A DNA stretch of 35,614 bases from Naegleria gruberi (lineage: Eukaryota). The stretch is from NCBI GenBank assembly GCA_000004985.1, contig GG738947.1; one strand, 5' to 3'. Position numbers and translations under genes: made by a program. Below are positions 1 through 9,900 of the stretch, piece after piece. Position 1 is the stretch's first letter. The number at the start of each line of letters is the position of its first letter. The notes beneath the pieces are model-generated. The model had not been told where the DNA came from, made no database searches, and saw only the letters and a program-made list of their open reading frames with translations.

Positions 1-161
1 TAACGTGAAACTATTATCAATTAATTCCAAATCTCAGTAATCTTGATAATTTGTTAAACACGTTTTTTGCACGGATGTTTATTGTCAGTATGTTTTGATA
101 TCCATTTAAGAAAGGCAATTTTCAACAATCATAAAAAGATCACTTTAACATTCCTGGAACG

Positions 162-178
162 AGACACTAGCTTCCCAT
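162..178 (+). repeat. Left arm of a perfect 17-bp inverted repeat, AGACACTAGCTTCCCAT
   Basis: Read by eye from the sequence. Positions 161-180 read gagacactagcttcccatat. The 17-mer at 162-178 is the exact reverse complement of 34716-34732. The bases flanking it on either side do not continue the match. Confidence 0.9.
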
Positions 179-430
179 ATTTTCGCCATTTTAATGTCCT
201 TAGTTTAGTACTTCTTTTATTGATATCGAAGTTCTAATAATTTTCCTCTTTGGTAGCTCAGAATTATCAATATTATGTGTTGCTGTGGTGAGTGAAGGTA
301 CTGTTGGGTTCGATACAGAAGAAGCAGCTGTTGGCATACATGCTCTGACGGATGAACCATTGACAATTTACATTTGCCAATGGATTTATCCTGTTTCTTC
401 TCTGTTTGTTTTGTATTTGTTGCATGTAGT

Positions 431-540
431 AGTTGATTGAGTGAACCATTGATTGAAAACTGTTTCATAGGGAAGCAATTTTACAGAAGAGATTGAACAT
501 TGATTTAACAGTTCAGTTGATTTTACAATCATTTGATTAC
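431..540. repeat. Degenerate low-complexity cluster of TTGATT(G/T) motifs: five copies at 433, 449, 500, 517 and 533, locally about 15-17 bp apart
   Basis: Read from the sequence: agTTGATTgag, caTTGATTgaa, caTTGATTtaa, agTTGATTtta, atTTGATTacc. An 11-bp direct repeat, tgaaccattga, also occurs at 353-363 and 442-452. This fits a decayed tandem repeat or a motif cluster. It is not a clean satellite. Confidence 0.3.
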
Positions 541-726
541 CACTGACCTTCTTCTTTGAAGGCCTGTCTCTTTTCTTTGGTATTTGCAAAGTAGTATTAC
601 CATTCATTTGGGAAGTGTTGGATGAAAAATCAATAATTGAAAATTTGTTGTACTTGGTCATTTGAGGAGCATTAAGCAATGATTGTGTTCTTGTTTTTTA
701 TCATGTCTGTTGTGGACCAGTAACAG

Positions 727-759
727 GTGAGTAACAGTTTTCTAAGGTTTTTAATACAG
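727..759 (+). other. Candidate very short spliceosomal intron (33 nt) with consensus donor CAG|GTGAGT and acceptor …TTAATACAG|
   Basis: The sequence 724-760 is cag|gtgagtaacagttttctaaggtttttaatacag|t. The donor is a perfect match to MAG|GTRAGT, and there is a terminal AG after a T-rich stretch. The reverse complement does not give GT…AG, so the motif is + strand only. I could not build convincing flanking exons: the upstream ATG at 679 reads into a TAA at 721-723. This is a motif-level call only. Confidence 0.2.
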
Positions 760-994
760 TGTGACCCATGGTAGGTCGATATAAGGATTCCGCGGAGAAG
801 CCCTAATAGTATTCGTACCCTTTTATGTTTGGAAAGAGTCAGAAATGAAATGAACGCTCTACTGTAGCTTAATATTATTCTCTATCGATTTTACGCTAGC
901 TTGTGAACATCTTAAATATGAAATTGGTTTCAAATTACATAAAAACACACTTCTCTATAGAGACAGAATGCAACAGTGTTAGTCATTACGTGTA

Positions 995-3900
995 NNNNNN
1001 NNNNNNNNNNNNNNNNNNNNNNNNNNNNNNNNNNNNNNNNNNNNNNNNNNNNNNNNNNNNNNNNNNNNNNNNNNNNNNNNNNNNNNNNNNNNNNNNNNNN
1101 NNNNNNNNNNNNNNNNNNNNNNNNNNNNNNNNNNNNNNNNNNNNNNNNNNNNNNNNNNNNNNNNNNNNNNNNNNNNNNNNNNNNNNNNNNNNNNNNNNNN
1201 NNNNNNNNNNNNNNNNNNNNNNNNNNNNNNNNNNNNNNNNNNNNNNNNNNNNNNNNNNNNNNNNNNNNNNNNNNNNNNNNNNNNNNNNNNNNNNNNNNNN
1301 NNNNNNNNNNNNNNNNNNNNNNNNNNNNNNNNNNNNNNNNNNNNNNNNNNNNNNNNNNNNNNNNNNNNNNNNNNNNNNNNNNNNNNNNNNNNNNNNNNNN
1401 NNNNNNNNNNNNNNNNNNNNNNNNNNNNNNNNNNNNNNNNNNNNNNNNNNNNNNNNNNNNNNNNNNNNNNNNNNNNNNNNNNNNNNNNNNNNNNNNNNNN
1501 NNNNNNNNNNNNNNNNNNNNNNNNNNNNNNNNNNNNNNNNNNNNNNNNNNNNNNNNNNNNNNNNNNNNNNNNNNNNNNNNNNNNNNNNNNNNNNNNNNNN
1601 NNNNNNNNNNNNNNNNNNNNNNNNNNNNNNNNNNNNNNNNNNNNNNNNNNNNNNNNNNNNNNNNNNNNNNNNNNNNNNNNNNNNNNNNNNNNNNNNNNNN
1701 NNNNNNNNNNNNNNNNNNNNNNNNNNNNNNNNNNNNNNNNNNNNNNNNNNNNNNNNNNNNNNNNNNNNNNNNNNNNNNNNNNNNNNNNNNNNNNNNNNNN
1801 NNNNNNNNNNNNNNNNNNNNNNNNNNNNNNNNNNNNNNNNNNNNNNNNNNNNNNNNNNNNNNNNNNNNNNNNNNNNNNNNNNNNNNNNNNNNNNNNNNNN
1901 NNNNNNNNNNNNNNNNNNNNNNNNNNNNNNNNNNNNNNNNNNNNNNNNNNNNNNNNNNNNNNNNNNNNNNNNNNNNNNNNNNNNNNNNNNNNNNNNNNNN
2001 NNNNNNNNNNNNNNNNNNNNNNNNNNNNNNNNNNNNNNNNNNNNNNNNNNNNNNNNNNNNNNNNNNNNNNNNNNNNNNNNNNNNNNNNNNNNNNNNNNNN
2101 NNNNNNNNNNNNNNNNNNNNNNNNNNNNNNNNNNNNNNNNNNNNNNNNNNNNNNNNNNNNNNNNNNNNNNNNNNNNNNNNNNNNNNNNNNNNNNNNNNNN
2201 NNNNNNNNNNNNNNNNNNNNNNNNNNNNNNNNNNNNNNNNNNNNNNNNNNNNNNNNNNNNNNNNNNNNNNNNNNNNNNNNNNNNNNNNNNNNNNNNNNNN
2301 NNNNNNNNNNNNNNNNNNNNNNNNNNNNNNNNNNNNNNNNNNNNNNNNNNNNNNNNNNNNNNNNNNNNNNNNNNNNNNNNNNNNNNNNNNNNNNNNNNNN
2401 NNNNNNNNNNNNNNNNNNNNNNNNNNNNNNNNNNNNNNNNNNNNNNNNNNNNNNNNNNNNNNNNNNNNNNNNNNNNNNNNNNNNNNNNNNNNNNNNNNNN
2501 NNNNNNNNNNNNNNNNNNNNNNNNNNNNNNNNNNNNNNNNNNNNNNNNNNNNNNNNNNNNNNNNNNNNNNNNNNNNNNNNNNNNNNNNNNNNNNNNNNNN
2601 NNNNNNNNNNNNNNNNNNNNNNNNNNNNNNNNNNNNNNNNNNNNNNNNNNNNNNNNNNNNNNNNNNNNNNNNNNNNNNNNNNNNNNNNNNNNNNNNNNNN
2701 NNNNNNNNNNNNNNNNNNNNNNNNNNNNNNNNNNNNNNNNNNNNNNNNNNNNNNNNNNNNNNNNNNNNNNNNNNNNNNNNNNNNNNNNNNNNNNNNNNNN
2801 NNNNNNNNNNNNNNNNNNNNNNNNNNNNNNNNNNNNNNNNNNNNNNNNNNNNNNNNNNNNNNNNNNNNNNNNNNNNNNNNNNNNNNNNNNNNNNNNNNNN
2901 NNNNNNNNNNNNNNNNNNNNNNNNNNNNNNNNNNNNNNNNNNNNNNNNNNNNNNNNNNNNNNNNNNNNNNNNNNNNNNNNNNNNNNNNNNNNNNNNNNNN
3001 NNNNNNNNNNNNNNNNNNNNNNNNNNNNNNNNNNNNNNNNNNNNNNNNNNNNNNNNNNNNNNNNNNNNNNNNNNNNNNNNNNNNNNNNNNNNNNNNNNNN
3101 NNNNNNNNNNNNNNNNNNNNNNNNNNNNNNNNNNNNNNNNNNNNNNNNNNNNNNNNNNNNNNNNNNNNNNNNNNNNNNNNNNNNNNNNNNNNNNNNNNNN
3201 NNNNNNNNNNNNNNNNNNNNNNNNNNNNNNNNNNNNNNNNNNNNNNNNNNNNNNNNNNNNNNNNNNNNNNNNNNNNNNNNNNNNNNNNNNNNNNNNNNNN
3301 NNNNNNNNNNNNNNNNNNNNNNNNNNNNNNNNNNNNNNNNNNNNNNNNNNNNNNNNNNNNNNNNNNNNNNNNNNNNNNNNNNNNNNNNNNNNNNNNNNNN
3401 NNNNNNNNNNNNNNNNNNNNNNNNNNNNNNNNNNNNNNNNNNNNNNNNNNNNNNNNNNNNNNNNNNNNNNNNNNNNNNNNNNNNNNNNNNNNNNNNNNNN
3501 NNNNNNNNNNNNNNNNNNNNNNNNNNNNNNNNNNNNNNNNNNNNNNNNNNNNNNNNNNNNNNNNNNNNNNNNNNNNNNNNNNNNNNNNNNNNNNNNNNNN
3601 NNNNNNNNNNNNNNNNNNNNNNNNNNNNNNNNNNNNNNNNNNNNNNNNNNNNNNNNNNNNNNNNNNNNNNNNNNNNNNNNNNNNNNNNNNNNNNNNNNNN
3701 NNNNNNNNNNNNNNNNNNNNNNNNNNNNNNNNNNNNNNNNNNNNNNNNNNNNNNNNNNNNNNNNNNNNNNNNNNNNNNNNNNNNNNNNNNNNNNNNNNNN
3801 NNNNNNNNNNNNNNNNNNNNNNNNNNNNNNNNNNNNNNNNNNNNNNNNNNNNNNNNNNNNNNNNNNNNNNNNNNNNNNNNNNNNNNNNNNNNNNNNNNNN

Positions 3901-6900
3901 NNNNNNNNNNNNNNNNNNNNNNNNNNNNNNNNNNNNNNNNNNNNNNNNNNNNNNNNNNNNNNNNNNNNNNNNNNNNNNNNNNNNNNNNNNNNNNNNNNNN
4001 NNNNNNNNNNNNNNNNNNNNNNNNNNNNNNNNNNNNNNNNNNNNNNNNNNNNNNNNNNNNNNNNNNNNNNNNNNNNNNNNNNNNNNNNNNNNNNNNNNNN
4101 NNNNNNNNNNNNNNNNNNNNNNNNNNNNNNNNNNNNNNNNNNNNNNNNNNNNNNNNNNNNNNNNNNNNNNNNNNNNNNNNNNNNNNNNNNNNNNNNNNNN
4201 NNNNNNNNNNNNNNNNNNNNNNNNNNNNNNNNNNNNNNNNNNNNNNNNNNNNNNNNNNNNNNNNNNNNNNNNNNNNNNNNNNNNNNNNNNNNNNNNNNNN
4301 NNNNNNNNNNNNNNNNNNNNNNNNNNNNNNNNNNNNNNNNNNNNNNNNNNNNNNNNNNNNNNNNNNNNNNNNNNNNNNNNNNNNNNNNNNNNNNNNNNNN
4401 NNNNNNNNNNNNNNNNNNNNNNNNNNNNNNNNNNNNNNNNNNNNNNNNNNNNNNNNNNNNNNNNNNNNNNNNNNNNNNNNNNNNNNNNNNNNNNNNNNNN
4501 NNNNNNNNNNNNNNNNNNNNNNNNNNNNNNNNNNNNNNNNNNNNNNNNNNNNNNNNNNNNNNNNNNNNNNNNNNNNNNNNNNNNNNNNNNNNNNNNNNNN
4601 NNNNNNNNNNNNNNNNNNNNNNNNNNNNNNNNNNNNNNNNNNNNNNNNNNNNNNNNNNNNNNNNNNNNNNNNNNNNNNNNNNNNNNNNNNNNNNNNNNNN
4701 NNNNNNNNNNNNNNNNNNNNNNNNNNNNNNNNNNNNNNNNNNNNNNNNNNNNNNNNNNNNNNNNNNNNNNNNNNNNNNNNNNNNNNNNNNNNNNNNNNNN
4801 NNNNNNNNNNNNNNNNNNNNNNNNNNNNNNNNNNNNNNNNNNNNNNNNNNNNNNNNNNNNNNNNNNNNNNNNNNNNNNNNNNNNNNNNNNNNNNNNNNNN
4901 NNNNNNNNNNNNNNNNNNNNNNNNNNNNNNNNNNNNNNNNNNNNNNNNNNNNNNNNNNNNNNNNNNNNNNNNNNNNNNNNNNNNNNNNNNNNNNNNNNNN
5001 NNNNNNNNNNNNNNNNNNNNNNNNNNNNNNNNNNNNNNNNNNNNNNNNNNNNNNNNNNNNNNNNNNNNNNNNNNNNNNNNNNNNNNNNNNNNNNNNNNNN
5101 NNNNNNNNNNNNNNNNNNNNNNNNNNNNNNNNNNNNNNNNNNNNNNNNNNNNNNNNNNNNNNNNNNNNNNNNNNNNNNNNNNNNNNNNNNNNNNNNNNNN
5201 NNNNNNNNNNNNNNNNNNNNNNNNNNNNNNNNNNNNNNNNNNNNNNNNNNNNNNNNNNNNNNNNNNNNNNNNNNNNNNNNNNNNNNNNNNNNNNNNNNNN
5301 NNNNNNNNNNNNNNNNNNNNNNNNNNNNNNNNNNNNNNNNNNNNNNNNNNNNNNNNNNNNNNNNNNNNNNNNNNNNNNNNNNNNNNNNNNNNNNNNNNNN
5401 NNNNNNNNNNNNNNNNNNNNNNNNNNNNNNNNNNNNNNNNNNNNNNNNNNNNNNNNNNNNNNNNNNNNNNNNNNNNNNNNNNNNNNNNNNNNNNNNNNNN
5501 NNNNNNNNNNNNNNNNNNNNNNNNNNNNNNNNNNNNNNNNNNNNNNNNNNNNNNNNNNNNNNNNNNNNNNNNNNNNNNNNNNNNNNNNNNNNNNNNNNNN
5601 NNNNNNNNNNNNNNNNNNNNNNNNNNNNNNNNNNNNNNNNNNNNNNNNNNNNNNNNNNNNNNNNNNNNNNNNNNNNNNNNNNNNNNNNNNNNNNNNNNNN
5701 NNNNNNNNNNNNNNNNNNNNNNNNNNNNNNNNNNNNNNNNNNNNNNNNNNNNNNNNNNNNNNNNNNNNNNNNNNNNNNNNNNNNNNNNNNNNNNNNNNNN
5801 NNNNNNNNNNNNNNNNNNNNNNNNNNNNNNNNNNNNNNNNNNNNNNNNNNNNNNNNNNNNNNNNNNNNNNNNNNNNNNNNNNNNNNNNNNNNNNNNNNNN
5901 NNNNNNNNNNNNNNNNNNNNNNNNNNNNNNNNNNNNNNNNNNNNNNNNNNNNNNNNNNNNNNNNNNNNNNNNNNNNNNNNNNNNNNNNNNNNNNNNNNNN
6001 NNNNNNNNNNNNNNNNNNNNNNNNNNNNNNNNNNNNNNNNNNNNNNNNNNNNNNNNNNNNNNNNNNNNNNNNNNNNNNNNNNNNNNNNNNNNNNNNNNNN
6101 NNNNNNNNNNNNNNNNNNNNNNNNNNNNNNNNNNNNNNNNNNNNNNNNNNNNNNNNNNNNNNNNNNNNNNNNNNNNNNNNNNNNNNNNNNNNNNNNNNNN
6201 NNNNNNNNNNNNNNNNNNNNNNNNNNNNNNNNNNNNNNNNNNNNNNNNNNNNNNNNNNNNNNNNNNNNNNNNNNNNNNNNNNNNNNNNNNNNNNNNNNNN
6301 NNNNNNNNNNNNNNNNNNNNNNNNNNNNNNNNNNNNNNNNNNNNNNNNNNNNNNNNNNNNNNNNNNNNNNNNNNNNNNNNNNNNNNNNNNNNNNNNNNNN
6401 NNNNNNNNNNNNNNNNNNNNNNNNNNNNNNNNNNNNNNNNNNNNNNNNNNNNNNNNNNNNNNNNNNNNNNNNNNNNNNNNNNNNNNNNNNNNNNNNNNNN
6501 NNNNNNNNNNNNNNNNNNNNNNNNNNNNNNNNNNNNNNNNNNNNNNNNNNNNNNNNNNNNNNNNNNNNNNNNNNNNNNNNNNNNNNNNNNNNNNNNNNNN
6601 NNNNNNNNNNNNNNNNNNNNNNNNNNNNNNNNNNNNNNNNNNNNNNNNNNNNNNNNNNNNNNNNNNNNNNNNNNNNNNNNNNNNNNNNNNNNNNNNNNNN
6701 NNNNNNNNNNNNNNNNNNNNNNNNNNNNNNNNNNNNNNNNNNNNNNNNNNNNNNNNNNNNNNNNNNNNNNNNNNNNNNNNNNNNNNNNNNNNNNNNNNNN
6801 NNNNNNNNNNNNNNNNNNNNNNNNNNNNNNNNNNNNNNNNNNNNNNNNNNNNNNNNNNNNNNNNNNNNNNNNNNNNNNNNNNNNNNNNNNNNNNNNNNNN

Positions 6901-9900
6901 NNNNNNNNNNNNNNNNNNNNNNNNNNNNNNNNNNNNNNNNNNNNNNNNNNNNNNNNNNNNNNNNNNNNNNNNNNNNNNNNNNNNNNNNNNNNNNNNNNNN
7001 NNNNNNNNNNNNNNNNNNNNNNNNNNNNNNNNNNNNNNNNNNNNNNNNNNNNNNNNNNNNNNNNNNNNNNNNNNNNNNNNNNNNNNNNNNNNNNNNNNNN
7101 NNNNNNNNNNNNNNNNNNNNNNNNNNNNNNNNNNNNNNNNNNNNNNNNNNNNNNNNNNNNNNNNNNNNNNNNNNNNNNNNNNNNNNNNNNNNNNNNNNNN
7201 NNNNNNNNNNNNNNNNNNNNNNNNNNNNNNNNNNNNNNNNNNNNNNNNNNNNNNNNNNNNNNNNNNNNNNNNNNNNNNNNNNNNNNNNNNNNNNNNNNNN
7301 NNNNNNNNNNNNNNNNNNNNNNNNNNNNNNNNNNNNNNNNNNNNNNNNNNNNNNNNNNNNNNNNNNNNNNNNNNNNNNNNNNNNNNNNNNNNNNNNNNNN
7401 NNNNNNNNNNNNNNNNNNNNNNNNNNNNNNNNNNNNNNNNNNNNNNNNNNNNNNNNNNNNNNNNNNNNNNNNNNNNNNNNNNNNNNNNNNNNNNNNNNNN
7501 NNNNNNNNNNNNNNNNNNNNNNNNNNNNNNNNNNNNNNNNNNNNNNNNNNNNNNNNNNNNNNNNNNNNNNNNNNNNNNNNNNNNNNNNNNNNNNNNNNNN
7601 NNNNNNNNNNNNNNNNNNNNNNNNNNNNNNNNNNNNNNNNNNNNNNNNNNNNNNNNNNNNNNNNNNNNNNNNNNNNNNNNNNNNNNNNNNNNNNNNNNNN
7701 NNNNNNNNNNNNNNNNNNNNNNNNNNNNNNNNNNNNNNNNNNNNNNNNNNNNNNNNNNNNNNNNNNNNNNNNNNNNNNNNNNNNNNNNNNNNNNNNNNNN
7801 NNNNNNNNNNNNNNNNNNNNNNNNNNNNNNNNNNNNNNNNNNNNNNNNNNNNNNNNNNNNNNNNNNNNNNNNNNNNNNNNNNNNNNNNNNNNNNNNNNNN
7901 NNNNNNNNNNNNNNNNNNNNNNNNNNNNNNNNNNNNNNNNNNNNNNNNNNNNNNNNNNNNNNNNNNNNNNNNNNNNNNNNNNNNNNNNNNNNNNNNNNNN
8001 NNNNNNNNNNNNNNNNNNNNNNNNNNNNNNNNNNNNNNNNNNNNNNNNNNNNNNNNNNNNNNNNNNNNNNNNNNNNNNNNNNNNNNNNNNNNNNNNNNNN
8101 NNNNNNNNNNNNNNNNNNNNNNNNNNNNNNNNNNNNNNNNNNNNNNNNNNNNNNNNNNNNNNNNNNNNNNNNNNNNNNNNNNNNNNNNNNNNNNNNNNNN
8201 NNNNNNNNNNNNNNNNNNNNNNNNNNNNNNNNNNNNNNNNNNNNNNNNNNNNNNNNNNNNNNNNNNNNNNNNNNNNNNNNNNNNNNNNNNNNNNNNNNNN
8301 NNNNNNNNNNNNNNNNNNNNNNNNNNNNNNNNNNNNNNNNNNNNNNNNNNNNNNNNNNNNNNNNNNNNNNNNNNNNNNNNNNNNNNNNNNNNNNNNNNNN
8401 NNNNNNNNNNNNNNNNNNNNNNNNNNNNNNNNNNNNNNNNNNNNNNNNNNNNNNNNNNNNNNNNNNNNNNNNNNNNNNNNNNNNNNNNNNNNNNNNNNNN
8501 NNNNNNNNNNNNNNNNNNNNNNNNNNNNNNNNNNNNNNNNNNNNNNNNNNNNNNNNNNNNNNNNNNNNNNNNNNNNNNNNNNNNNNNNNNNNNNNNNNNN
8601 NNNNNNNNNNNNNNNNNNNNNNNNNNNNNNNNNNNNNNNNNNNNNNNNNNNNNNNNNNNNNNNNNNNNNNNNNNNNNNNNNNNNNNNNNNNNNNNNNNNN
8701 NNNNNNNNNNNNNNNNNNNNNNNNNNNNNNNNNNNNNNNNNNNNNNNNNNNNNNNNNNNNNNNNNNNNNNNNNNNNNNNNNNNNNNNNNNNNNNNNNNNN
8801 NNNNNNNNNNNNNNNNNNNNNNNNNNNNNNNNNNNNNNNNNNNNNNNNNNNNNNNNNNNNNNNNNNNNNNNNNNNNNNNNNNNNNNNNNNNNNNNNNNNN
8901 NNNNNNNNNNNNNNNNNNNNNNNNNNNNNNNNNNNNNNNNNNNNNNNNNNNNNNNNNNNNNNNNNNNNNNNNNNNNNNNNNNNNNNNNNNNNNNNNNNNN
9001 NNNNNNNNNNNNNNNNNNNNNNNNNNNNNNNNNNNNNNNNNNNNNNNNNNNNNNNNNNNNNNNNNNNNNNNNNNNNNNNNNNNNNNNNNNNNNNNNNNNN
9101 NNNNNNNNNNNNNNNNNNNNNNNNNNNNNNNNNNNNNNNNNNNNNNNNNNNNNNNNNNNNNNNNNNNNNNNNNNNNNNNNNNNNNNNNNNNNNNNNNNNN
9201 NNNNNNNNNNNNNNNNNNNNNNNNNNNNNNNNNNNNNNNNNNNNNNNNNNNNNNNNNNNNNNNNNNNNNNNNNNNNNNNNNNNNNNNNNNNNNNNNNNNN
9301 NNNNNNNNNNNNNNNNNNNNNNNNNNNNNNNNNNNNNNNNNNNNNNNNNNNNNNNNNNNNNNNNNNNNNNNNNNNNNNNNNNNNNNNNNNNNNNNNNNNN
9401 NNNNNNNNNNNNNNNNNNNNNNNNNNNNNNNNNNNNNNNNNNNNNNNNNNNNNNNNNNNNNNNNNNNNNNNNNNNNNNNNNNNNNNNNNNNNNNNNNNNN
9501 NNNNNNNNNNNNNNNNNNNNNNNNNNNNNNNNNNNNNNNNNNNNNNNNNNNNNNNNNNNNNNNNNNNNNNNNNNNNNNNNNNNNNNNNNNNNNNNNNNNN
9601 NNNNNNNNNNNNNNNNNNNNNNNNNNNNNNNNNNNNNNNNNNNNNNNNNNNNNNNNNNNNNNNNNNNNNNNNNNNNNNNNNNNNNNNNNNNNNNNNNNNN
9701 NNNNNNNNNNNNNNNNNNNNNNNNNNNNNNNNNNNNNNNNNNNNNNNNNNNNNNNNNNNNNNNNNNNNNNNNNNNNNNNNNNNNNNNNNNNNNNNNNNNN
9801 NNNNNNNNNNNNNNNNNNNNNNNNNNNNNNNNNNNNNNNNNNNNNNNNNNNNNNNNNNNNNNNNNNNNNNNNNNNNNNNNNNNNNNNNNNNNNNNNNNNN

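Noticed and set aside
244-330. A bona fide tRNA gene suggested by tagctcag … gggttcgata
   Set aside because: No cloverleaf can be formed. The D-stem 3' half (GAGC) is absent. There is no 7-bp acceptor-stem complement within 100 nt. The T arm would be a 4-bp stem with a 10-nt loop. It is retained only as a possible degenerate tRNA-derived remnant in the findings.
217-468. 83-aa minus-strand ORF (MKQFSINGSLNQLL…QQLLLLYRTQQYLHSPQQHIILIIL…)
   Set aside because: It has a genuine ATG, but the translation is glutamine- and leucine-rich low-complexity sequence typical of AT-rich non-coding DNA. It overlaps the 386..679 ORF out of frame. I looked for a GT…AG intron that would join the two frames; the only candidate, gttcac…aaacag on the minus strand, has a poor donor.
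386-679. 97-aa minus-strand ORF (MLNAPQMTKYNKFSIIDFSS…) as a CDS
   Set aside because: The first codon is TTG, not ATG. The composition is low-complexity (N, K, S, T, Q rich). It overlaps a second ORF in another frame. The strand is T-poor, so stop codons are depleted by composition alone. There is no recognisable domain, and the sequence otherwise looks eukaryotic. An AATAAA lies about 165 nt downstream on this strand (216-221), but that hexamer is common in AT-rich DNA.
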